64,000 bases of DNA from Heptranchias perlo (Eukaryota). The stretch covers positions 40,734,001 through 40,798,000 of the forward strand of contig NC_090336.1 of the NCBI RefSeq assembly GCF_035084215.1, in the 5' to 3' direction. Both the position numbers and the translations under genes were made by a program. Below the pieces are notes generated by a model, which made no database searches, was not told where the DNA came from, and worked only from the letters and a program-made list of their open reading frames with translations. This document shows, one piece after another, positions 10,776 to 21,500 of this stretch; position 1 is the first letter of the stretch; every line of letters begins with the position of its first letter.

Positions 10776-13195
10776 GCAGATTGGAGGATGTGGGATTTAG
10801 TAGTGTGCAACCTTTATTCAACATTTTAACATAATTCATCAGTGTGTAAACATATGGATGGGATCTGCATCTGTGTTTTATGTGAGCGATGTCCGTTCAG
10901 ACTCCGTGCAGACAGTGGACTGTTATTTTCAGCAAATAACCGGTACCAGCTACATTTAAGAGATTTCTAAGAAACATCCTCTCTTTAAGAGATTGAGCTC
11001 CCTCTGTTGGTGGGAAGTGCAAATTGTACTGATTCCACGTGCAAGGCCTGGAATGGAACGCTGATTGCAGGTCAGTCCTCGGGTGGGCTGAAACTTGCGT
11101 CCTGCCTGCGCAGGGTCCATTGGGCACCGGGTAATAGCACATCATGCTACCTACGCCCAGAAACGGCCCCTATCCAATTTTTCCCCCATAGACTCTTACT
11201 TAGTGAGGTCGGGGGAGAAAATGAACACATATTCACAACAAACACTATATCCAGACACAAGGATTTGGACTTTGAGTCATGTCGCCTCCCCAGTATAATG
11301 CCAGCAGAATGCAACAGAAAATGCACCGGGAACGAATGTACCACATATGGGGTTCCCCACCAGAAGTGCAGATATCATTTGGCATCATGTGATGTATGAT
11401 ATTCAGAAGGTGATCTTTTTTGTGTTTAAATAGAACTTTAGCTTGGTTGTATTACTGATAGACACAGCTGTTAGACATGGTTTCTAACATTCTTAAAATG
11501 GTTGTATATCTATCTCAAGTTATTATCAAACAAACGGCTTTTTCATCAACAGTTTTCTCTTTCCTCGCTTTACCACCACCTCTGAGCCATTAAACATCCT
11601 CGGGGCAGGTTTGAAGTTTCTTTAATGCTATACTGTTTGTCACATTTATTGGCGTCATAAGGTTGAAGGGATGTTGCATTTTTCAGTGGGTACGTTCAGA
11701 AAAAAAATGGAACCTCCTGGGGGCACCATCAATCCAGAAGTGATCTTAGGAGCAGAAAGGATCAAAGGATATGAGTGAATGAAGTCCTACGGTGATGCAG
11801 CTGTAATCCTGGGTTTTCAGCTTCTTGAGCTTGTATTCATAGAGAAATGATATATTATTAAGGTCTTATTTCAGCTCAGACTATCGTGTGTTAGTAGATT
11901 AGGGTACTGTGGAAGATTTCCTTCTCGCTATGTGTGGTGGTTTTTTTCATAACATTAGCATGTACTTTAACACACTTTTTAGGAATTAATCATGCTGCAT
12001 CTCTTGCAGTCGTCCACGGGTTGTGTTCTCAATAGCGGCATCTTCAAAATTACAAAACTCTGAAGTTTCTATTTTCTCACAACTATTGCTGAGAGGAGAA
12101 AAAGAAAAAAATGTTTTTAAAAATCGACAGCTTTCGTATATATATATAATATATGAAAAGTTCGACCAGGAGGCTTAATGTGACTTACCCATGGACATCT
12201 CCATGGATACCGTTGATGTTGCTGCTTGGCTATTCTCGAAGCTGCTCTCCACCAGTGAGCAAGGGACCTCCACCTGACCAGTTTTACTTCTTTCCACAAG
12301 AAAATAAAAAGTGATGAACCTACAGAAGGTGAATGCCAGTCGACACTGGGATTAAAACTTGTATATGATCCAATACCATACTGCTACAGTTGGCATTTCA
12401 TTCTCACTTAAATAGTTCCCACTTTTCAGTACATTATTAGGAAGGTGGAGACATTAGTTAATATTGACTTGGAAATACAATAGTATAAATCTTATTGACT
12501 GTGAATAATCAGTGCTTCTGATCATGTACTTTTTTCATACCAGTGAAAGAACACTTGGAATTTTCGGTGAGATATTCTATCTCATCTATCTATAGTGGGA
12601 GTGAACAATCCTCTAATTTTATTACAGCTTTTAAATTAATATCTGTAAGTAATATACTTTTACTGATCAAGTCCTTAAGCAAGGTGGTTTGTTCCAAAGT
12701 TTAATAGCTTTATTAAGAAGTTATAATAAGTAACAAAGATGTTAAAATACAAGAGTACAATTAAACATGCTAGTAAGATGAATATAACCAGATTCAAAGT
12801 TGATCACTGTCTATGACTTTGAAGTGCACGTTCGAAAGTCTTGATTAGTTGCGCAGTCCAGCCTTGCTCTGAGAATATTCTAATCAGTACCAAAAAGCAT
12901 CCAACTTTATATACGTTTGAGAGACAATTAGCTCTGTATTCTGTATGTAGTTGGGGCTGCTATCAGTCCTACTCCCGTATACATACTTTTACCACCTCCC
13001 TCATACAGCCAGAGATTACTCCTCTTCTCTAACTGATAAACAAGGCCAAGAGGATGGCACCAGGTGGTAATTACAAAAACAGGCCTTCTCTTTCACAAGG
13101 TCATAAAAAGCTTGTTTTGGACATATAGCAAGCCCCTTTGTTCACAGCTAAACTAACATACATATTTTACTTTAACGAGGTTTACAATAATGTAT

Positions 13196-13325
13196 GATGT
13201 GGAGATGCCGGTGATGGACTGGGGTTGACAATTGTAAACAATTTTACAACACCAAGTTATAGTCCAACAATTTTATTTGAAATTCACAAGCTTTTGGAGG
13301 CTTCCTCCTTCCTCAGGTGAATGTT
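13196..13325 (-). mobile_element. Penelope-like element terminal (pseudo-LTR) fragment
   Basis: GGACTGGGGTTGAC...ACAACACCAAGTTATAGTCCAACA...AGCTTTTGGAGG...TCAGGTG, recalled as a shark repeat end; carries the hammerhead motif typical of Penelope-like elements. Confidence 0.65.
13282..13322 (-). ncRNA. Minimal type I hammerhead ribozyme motif with a G12A core change
   Basis: Minus-strand RNA reads AUUCAC-CUGAGGA-A-GGAGG-AAG-CCUCC-AAAA-GCUU-GUGAAU: 6-bp stem I, 5-bp stem II and a palindromic AGCU stem III. Confidence 0.7.
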
Positions 13326-13494
13326 GTGGAAAATGCAATGGTTCTGTTACTGTAAAATAAATGTTTGAATATCACAATCCTCTGGCCCACTTGTAATAAA
13401 GGTAGTGATCGCAATTATCTGTTTCCCTGAGGTTTATCATTGGCATTTGATCTGTTAACGTTATATTTTGGTAAACTAACCCATCCCAATATTC

Positions 13495-14113
13495 ATGGTG
13501 CAGCCGGGAGGGAGCCTTGCCAGGGTCGGTGGGGGGTTGCAGTGGCCGGGAAACCCGGAAATATGGGTAACCCAGAGGTCCAGCCGAATTTAACGCAGGA
13601 CCTCATTTGAATTTTTTGTCTCTGTTTCCCGGCTGGCTGTCGGGCAGAAAGGCCTGTGGCACAAGGCCACAGCCAGGGAGCGGAGAGGAGGGAGGGAGGG
13701 AGATATCGCGGAGAGGGAGGACGATCTTGGCAGGTTAGCTTGGGGGCCCGGGGGAAACACTCCTGCTCCTCCTGGCCCACAAGCAGTGCTATAAAAAGCA
13801 CTTACATGCTGGATCCGACAGTTCTTGCCTCCCTCTAGTTGCGGGGTGTCCCAAGTCCTGGGAAACCCAGCCTGCAGTCGTTAAATATAAAAGCCCGCTA
13901 AAATCTGAGGCATGCAGGCCTCATTAACATTTTTAAAAACTGACACGCCTCTGGAGAGCAGATTAGTCGTCCGTCCCACAACCCGCCTCCGTTAAAACTG
14001 GAAGTGGGTGCATTGTAGGCGGGTTGGGATCGGGTTTCAGATTTTTGACATTTTAACTCCCTCCCCACCCCCCACCCCTCTCCCGCCCGTCGTGAGAGGT
14101 TAAAATTACCCCC
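13495..14113. mobile_element. Harbinger-type MITE, left end unclear
   Basis: Right terminus GTTAAAATTACCCCC; internal blocks (CACTCCTGCTCCTCCTGGCCCAC, GGACCTCATTT) resemble 36514-37069. Confidence 0.65.
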
Positions 14114-15409
14114 ACCATTTCCAGCAAAGAACTTTGTCCTGTTTGCTGCAAGCATGAAAATCATTCATAGAAATTCTTGTTATTAACTTAGAAAATTCTA
14201 TTAATGACTTCAGTCCAGGTTTTTGGGTGACTGATGTAAGTTATAATTGTTTTGTTTATAAAGGGATATGCTATTCACTTCTACTGTCACTATACTGTTG
14301 AACCGTCTCTGCTCTAGAATATGCAAATCCTAATGTACTTACGCATTTCAGTAACAAACCACTTCTAACTTACTTGAGTTCTAACAGAAAAGGGGGGGGT
14401 GGGTGGTGACTAAAGAAAATGTCACCACAAGAAGAGTATGCATACATTGCACTATTGAAAGGGAAAAGGAATGTACAACAGAAAAGGAGAAGGGAAATAG
14501 CAGGCAATATGTCCAATTGAATGCTAATAAAGAGTCAGTACAACTTATCAATGGTGCTTCATTGGTCTGATAGATGAACGCTGACACAAACTCGCCTATC
14601 ACTCTGTACATTATCATTGAGGGGAGAAGAAGCACTCAATGTAGGTTCAAATCATGGGCCAATAGCTCAGTTTTGCCTGAGCTCCCAAGACCTGGTGCTA
14701 CCAATCGAGATTCATATGGTGTGTTTTTTCAAAACTATATCAATGACAGACTCTTCTAACCAATTCCATGTTCACTTGAAAACCCATGCTCACAGCTCAC
14801 TTAATTCATCTGTTCCTAGCAGTTCTCTCTTTGATTTGTTTTATATATAGAAAGGGTCTCATGATAGTTTTATTCCTTTACAGTCCATGGCTTCAGAAGC
14901 TGGTGCAGGTGCTTTTTTTTATTTGTGTGGGGTCTCTAATCATCAAAAGGTCCCCTGGAAGGAGTAGCAGTGGGGTGAATGAAAGTTTGGTCAACCTATT
15001 GGGTTCAACTTAGTAGAGGAAAATTAGAGATTAGTTATGAGTTTGACAGCCATGTATGTTTTGATTCTGAATTGGTAGTTCTACAAATAAAATTGTTCTA
15101 TTTTTAAAGCTCAAAAGTTCTTTGTTTGAGGACCCCCTGAATGGATTCTGTAGCATTATAATAACAAATGTTCAGCAACCTTATTAATTAAGCATTATGG
15201 AGCTCAGAGGAATACTGGTAAATATATATTACATTTCATGCACTAAACATAATCATTTTTCTTTGCAGGGTGTTCCACATGCCAAATAAAATGGCTGCCT
15301 TTGACAACGACTGGTTTCCTAAATGATGAAGGTGAGGAAGATTTATCATGTTGTGGTACCTAAGGCAACTCTGGAAGGTTCGCCAAATGTCCAAAAATAA
15401 AAGAAACAC

Positions 15410-15842
15410 TTGAGTCTATATAGAACCTCATGATGTTTCTCATAAATATTTCAAAGGGCTTCACATACAATGAATTACATTGAAATGTACTAGCTGTTTC
15501 AAAGACAAATGTAGCATTTTGCTTACAATGAAGTGTGACAAATAGGTGAAATACCAATTTCTTTTATGTGATGTTGGATAAGGAAGGAGGGATGACCAGC
15601 ATACCATCCCTCCCTACTATACATTGAATAGTGTTATTGGATCTTTAATATCCACCGGAACCATTGAAACAGACAGACGGAGCCTTGGGTGAATGTCTGG
15701 TCCAAAGAACACCACCTCTGAGAGTGCAGCACTCCCTCAGTACTGTATTGAAGTGTCAACCTAGTTTATGCGCTCATCCTGAAGTAGGGTTTCAACTCGG
15801 TACCTTCTGATTCAGAGGCAAGAGTATTATCAACTGAGTGAA
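15410..15842 (-). mobile_element. Degenerate DeuSINE-like element
   Basis: AGTGCAGCACTCCCTCAGTACTGTATTGAAGTGTCAACCTAG...ACCTTCTGATTCAGAGGCAAGAGT is reverse-complement similar to 4850-4980. Confidence 0.65.
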
Positions 15843-16126
15843 GTTGATATGTCAATCTGAATTCTGCACTGTTTGGACAGCTGAAAACCTTGGACCTTAA
15901 AATCCAGTAGTTTAAATGCATCGAGTAATGAAACACTTGTGTGGTGTTTGCACACTGATATATTTTGTTGGAAATTCATTGTTATGAATTGTGGCTGTAA
16001 ACTGACATCCTACCATTCTATGGCTCACTGTGTGAAACTACCAACAAACTGTGGTTGTTTGCTGATTCCTACAACTGGCAATAGGTGGTGACACAGAAAA
16101 GTCTTGGGTAATTTAAGATTTGCAAG

Positions 16127-16351
16127 GGGGTTAAATTGGATAACCCCTGAAAACGGGAATGAGGATCGCTGTATGCAATTAACCCGTACCTGTTCATTGC
16201 GCGTAGGCAGCACGTTAAATTGGTGCTGCCTGCTGATTTCCAGGATTGCTGCATGCAGCCAGCATTACCTGTGCTGTACATTGGCTACATGCGTCAGCGG
16301 GGGGCCAATATTACGAGTGGCTAGCGCTACTTAAAGGCAGCCTGCACCTCT
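16127..16351 (+). mobile_element. Harbinger terminal arm (Myb side), interrupted by CR1 and resuming at ~23353
   Basis: Starts GGGGTTAAATTGGATA, resembling the reverse complement of the 11187 end (GGGGGAAAAATTGGATA). Ends CCTGCACCTCT, which joins TAAAGGTGAGGTGCA at 23353. Confidence 0.65.
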
Positions 16352-16354
16352 ATA

Positions 16355-16650
16355 GGAGTGAGGGAGCACGGAGTAGCAGCTATAGAGGGAGTCTGGTTTC
16401 GACAGAGTCTATAATTGGGAATTTGTTAGTGGTAAACAAGCAGCCTGAAGTGGCAGTTAGTCACCTAGTTAATTAGGTGACTGCTTAGAACTGGTAATCT
16501 ACTGTCAGCTGGGGCTGACTCAGGTGATTGGCATTCTAGCTAGCATAAATTCAGAAGGGTTTTGCTAACCCACGGAGTGAGGGAGCAATGAGTAGCAGCT
16601 ATCGATGGAGTCTGGTTTTGACAGAGTCTATAATTGGGAATTTGGTGAGT
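16355..16650 (+). repeat. Two ~75-bp direct repeats (monomers) in the CR1 5'UTR
   Basis: GGAGTGAGGGAGCA..GAGTAGCAGCTAT.GA.GGAGTCTGGTTT.GACAGAGTCTATAATTGGGAATTTG occurs at 16355 and 16574. Confidence 0.9.
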
Positions 16651-16697
16651 GAGGGGATTCGGTGCAGTAAGGGGTGAGGTGTATTTGATTAGTCAGC

Positions 16698-17188
16698 AGA
16701 GCGGAGGGGAGCGTACCGAGAGCGGAGAGGAGCGTACCGAGAGCGGAGAGGAGCGTACCGAGAGCGGAGAAGAGCGTACCGAGAGCGGAGAGGAGCGTAC
16801 CGAGAGCGGGGGGGAGCGTACCGAGAGCGGAGAGGAGCGTACCGAGAGCGGGGGGGGGGGGAGAGCGTACCGAGAGCGGGGGGGAGCGTACCGAGAGCGG
16901 AGGGGAGCGTACCGAGAGCGGAGAGGAGCGTACCGAGAGCGGAGAGGAGCGTACCGAGAGCGGGGGGGGGGGGGGAGCGTACCGAGAGCGGGGGGGGGGG
17001 GGAGCGTACCGAGAGCGGGGGGGAGCGTACCGAGAGCGGGGGGGAGCGTACCGAGAGCGGGGGGGGGGGGGAGCGTACCGAGAGCGGGGGGGGGGGGGAG
17101 CGTACCGAGAGCGGGGGGGGGGGGGGGGGAGCGTACCGAGGGCGGGGGGGGGGGGGGGGAGCGTACCGAGAGCGGGGGGGGGGGGGGG
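16698..17188 (+). repeat. G-rich minisatellite: 20 x AGCGTACCGAGAGC with variable GGAGAGG/poly-G linkers
   Basis: 20 CGTACC cores counted by eye; basic unit 21 bp, with longer G-runs toward the 3' end. Confidence 0.97.
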
Positions 17189-17429
17189 TCACAGCAACCA
17201 CAAAACAAAACTGCAGTGTGACGTCACAGGTGAGGCAGGTAGGTGGTTGGTGGTGAGTGTCTCTTCTGTTTTTTTCTTTCTTATGACCCTGGGCTAAGTA
17301 ACTTATACATAAAACTAAATTTAAAAAAAAATAAACTTAATTTAATAAATTAAACAAGGCCAGTACTTGGTTCAACCTAAAAATAATTTGATTGGCATTG
17401 CAGTAATCAATTAAATAAATAAAATAGTT

Positions 17430-18373
17430 ATGACAGGGCAGGAGATGTGTTGCAGCTGCAATATGTGGGAGTTACTGGACAGTTTTGTCCAGGGCGACTA
17501 CATCTGCGGTAAGGTCTGCAGCTCGAGGAACTTCGGCTCCGAGTTGAGGAGCTGGAGTCCGAGCTGCAGACATTGCAAGGCATCAGGGAGGGAGAAAGTT
17601 ACCTGGACACTTTGATCCAGGAGGCAGTCACGCCCCTTATACTAAATACTGTAGAATTGGCACGTGGTCAGGGACAGGAGGGTGTGACTGCGAGTGAGGC
17701 AGGTACGGGGATCCAGGAGGTAGCAATGCAGGAGCCTCAGCCTCTGCACTTGTCCAATAGATACGAGGTTCTTGCAGCCCTTGTGGACGAGTGCAGGGAC
17801 TGCAGGGAGGATGAGCAAACTGGCCACGGCACCGTGGTTCAGGGGGCCATTCAAGTGGGGGGAGTAAAAAGAAATGTGGTTGTAGTAGGCGACAGTATAG
17901 TTAGAGGGATAGACACTGTTCTCTGTAGCCAAGAGCGAGAGTCCTGGAGGCTGTGTTGCCTACCCGGTGCCAGGGTTAAGGACACCTCCTCAGGGCTGGA
18001 GAGAAACTTGGAGTGGGAGGGGGAGGATCCAGTTGTCGTGGTCCATGTAGGTACCAATGACATAGGTAGGACTAAGAAAGAGGTTCTGCTGAGGGAGTTT
18101 GAGCAGCTAGGGACTAAATTAAAAAGCAGAACCACAAAGGTGATAATCTCCGGATTATTACCTGAGCCACGAGCAAATTGGCACAGGGTAAATCAGATCA
18201 GAGAGATGAATGCGTGGCTCAAAGATTGGTGTGGGTTTCGATTCATGGGGCACTGGCACCAGTACTGGGGAAAGAGGGAACTGTTCCGTTGCGACGAACT
18301 ACACCTGAACCATGCTGGGACCAGTGTTCTGGCAAACCGAATAACTAGGGCGGTAGAGAAGGCTTTAAACTAA
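17430..18373 (+). pseudogene. CR1 ORF1p (CxxC zinc finger, leucine zipper, SGNH/GDSL esterase), one frameshift
   Basis: CCSC...YICGK, frameshift at ~17513, then LQLEELRLRVEELESELQTL, VVVVGDSIVRG, HVGTND and DELH. Confidence 0.92.
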
Positions 18374-18551
18374 ATAGATGGGGGGGGGAGGCTCATGTGG
18401 GGCAAAGTTTAGATTGATAAAGAGAAAAGACAAGGAAGTAGTACAAGAAAGTGATTGGGGTTGTGATAAACAGAGTGTGTCAGGAAGGGACAGAGCGTAC
18501 AAACATAAAAGTGCACTAGCAAATGGGTCCAGGGTAGGAAAGAGTGGTAAA

Positions 18552-21500
18552 ATGACAAAATTAAAGGTTCTTTATCTGAATGCACACAGCATTCGTAATA
18601 AGATAGATGAATTGACGGCACAAATAGAAACAAATGGGTATGATCTTGTGGCCACTACAGAGACGTGGTTGCAAGGCTCTTGGCTCAGAAGATCAAGATG
18701 TCGAATCAATTTGGGTGGAGGTAAGAAATAGCAAGGGAAAGAAATCACTGGTGGGAGTAGTATATAGGCCCCCTAACAGTAGCTACACTGTAGGGCAAAA
18801 TATAAATCAGGAAATAAGGGGGGCTTGTAAAAAAGGTAATGCAATAATCATCGGTGATTTTAATTTTCACATAGATTGGACAAATCAAATTGGCAAAAAT
18901 AGCCCTGAGGAGGAGTTCATAGAGTGTATTAGGGACTGTTTCTTAGACCAATATGTCAGGGAACCAACCAGGGAACAGGCAATTTTGGATCTGGTAATGG
19001 GTAACAAAACAGGGTAAATTAATGATCTCAAAGTAAAGGATCCCTTGGAAAGCAGTGATCATAACATGATAGAATTTCACATCCAGTTTGAGAGCGAGGA
19101 TCTTGGGTCTGAAACTACTGTATTAAACTTAAATAAGGGCAATTATAAAAGAATGAGGGTGGAATTGGCTAAAGTGGACTGAGCAAACAGATTAGATGGT
19201 ATGATGGTGGATGAGCAGTGACAAACATTTAAAAAGATATTTTATGACTTGCAACAAAAATATATCCCTGCGAGGAGGAAAGATTCCACAGAAAGGGTGA
19301 ACCAATCATGGCTAACTAAGGAAGTCAAGGATGGTATCAGTTTAAAAGAAAAAGCATACAACATGGCAAAGATTACTGGTAAGCCTGAAGATTGGGAAAA
19401 CTTTAAAAACCAGCAAAGGATGACTAAAAGAATAATAAAAAGGGAGAAAATAGATTATGAGAGCAAACTAGCAAGAAATATAAAAACTGACAATAAAAGC
19501 TTCCACAAGTATATAAAAAGGAAGAGGGTAGCTAAAGTAAACATTGGTCCCTTAGAGGATGAGACTGGGGAAATAATAATGGAAAACAAGGAAATGGCAG
19601 AGGAATTGAACAAATATTTTGTATCTGTCTTCACAGTAGAAGACACTAATAATATACCAATAATAGTAGAAAATCAAGCGGCAAAGGGGAGGGAGGAACT
19701 AAAAACAATCACTATCACTAGAGAAAAAGTACTAGGTAAACTAGTGGGTCTAAAGGCTGACAAGTCCCCTGGATCTGATGGCTTGCATCCAAGGGTCTTA
19801 AAGGAAGTGGCTACAGAGATAGTGGATGCATTGGTTGTAATCTTCCAGAATTTACTAGATTCTGGAAAGGTCCCAGTGGATTGGAAAACCGCAAACGTAA
19901 CACCCCTATTCAAGAAGGGAGTGAGACAGAAAGCAGGTAACTATAGACCAGTTAGCCTAACATCTGTCATTGGGAAAATGCTAGCATCCATTATTAAGGA
20001 AGTAGTAGCAGGACATTTGGACACTCATAATACAATCAAGGAGAGTCAACGTGATTTTATGAAGGGGAAATCATGTCTGACAAATTTATTAAAGTTCTTT
20101 GAGGAAGTAACGGGCAGGGTGGATAAAGGGGAACCAATGGATGCAGTATATTTGGATTTCCAAAAGGCATTCGATAAGGTGCCACATAAAAGATTACTGC
20201 ACAAGATAAGAGCTCATGGTGTTGGGAGTAATGTATTGGCATGGATAGAGGATTGGCAAACTAACAGAAAACAAAGAGTCGGGATAAAAGAGTCATTTTC
20301 AAAATGGCAATCTGTAACTAGTGGGGTGCCGCAGCGATCAGTGCTGGGACCTCAACTATTTACAATATATATCAATGACTTGGATGAAGGAACAGAGTGT
20401 CTTGTGGCCAGATTTGCTGTTGATACAAAGGTAGGTGGAAAAACAAGTTGCGATGAGGACACAAAGTGTCTGCAAAGGGATATTGACAGGTTAAGTGAAT
20501 GGGCAAACATTTGGCAGATGAAATATAATGTGGGAAATTGTGAAGTCATCCACTTTGGAAGGAAAAATAAAAGAAGCAAAATATTATTTGAATGGAGAAA
20601 TTCTGCAAAATGCTGCGGTGCAGAGGGATCTGGGTGTTTTCGTACATGAAACACAAAAAGTCAACATACAGGTGCAGCAGGTAATCCGGGAGGCAAACGG
20701 AATATTGGCCTTTATTTCTAAGGGGATGGAGTATAAAAACAGGGAAGTCATGCTACAAGGACATATAAGGTAGCCAAACTTAGTGGGAGGATAGAAGATT
20801 GGGAAGTCTTCAAAAGACAGCAAAAAGTAAGTAAAGGATTGATTAAGAAAGAGAAGATAGATTATGAAAATAAATTAGCAAAAAATATAAAAACAGATAA
20901 CAAGAGTTTCTACAGTTATATAAAAAGAAAAAGGGTGGCTAAGGCAAACGTAGGTCCCTTAGAGGATGAGACCGGAAAATTAATGGTGGGAAACATGGAG
21001 TTGGCAAAAATGCTGAACAAATATTTTGTTTCAGTCTTTACGGTAGAGGACACTAAGAATATCCCAACACTGGACATACAGGGGGCTCTAGGGGGGGGGG
21101 GGGAGGAGCTAAATACGATTAAAATCACTAAGGAATTGGTACTCAGTAAATTAATGGGACTCAAGGCGGATAAATCCCCTGGACCTGATGGCTTACATCC
21201 TAGGGTCTTGAGGGAAGTGGCAGTAGGGATTGTGGATGCTTTGGTAATAATTTTCCAAAATTCTCTGGACTCGGCAAAGGTCCCGGTAGATTGGAAAACT
21301 GCTAATGTAACACCCTTATTTAAAAAGGGTAGTAGGCAGAAGGCTGGAAATTATAGACCAGTGAGCCTAACATCTGTGGTGGGTAAAATTTTGGAGTCTA
21401 TTATTAAGGAGACAGTAGCGGAACATTTGGATAAACATAATTTAATAGGACAAAGTCAGCATGGCTTTACGAAGGGGAAGTCATGTCTGACAAATTTGCT

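Larger units (their letters stand above)
9534..11187. mobile_element. Non-autonomous Harbinger derivative with a Myb-gene 5' part and an internal CR1 3' fragment
   Basis: Termini GGGCGCTAAATT and AATTTTTCCCCC, flanked by ATA on both sides (9531-9533, 11188-11190; candidate 3-bp TSD). Left arm is similar to 639-850. Confidence 0.8.

Noticed and set aside
16698-17188. CRISPR-like array
   Set aside because: The repeat is only 14 bp, the spacers are G-runs rather than unique sequence, no cas genes are present and the context is eukaryotic.
16649-17221. Gly/Pro/Arg-rich ORFs on both strands
   Set aside because: These are translations of a stop-free minisatellite.
17573-18373. Captured cellular GDSL lipase/esterase
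   Set aside because: An SGNH esterase is an established ORF1 domain of CR1 elements.
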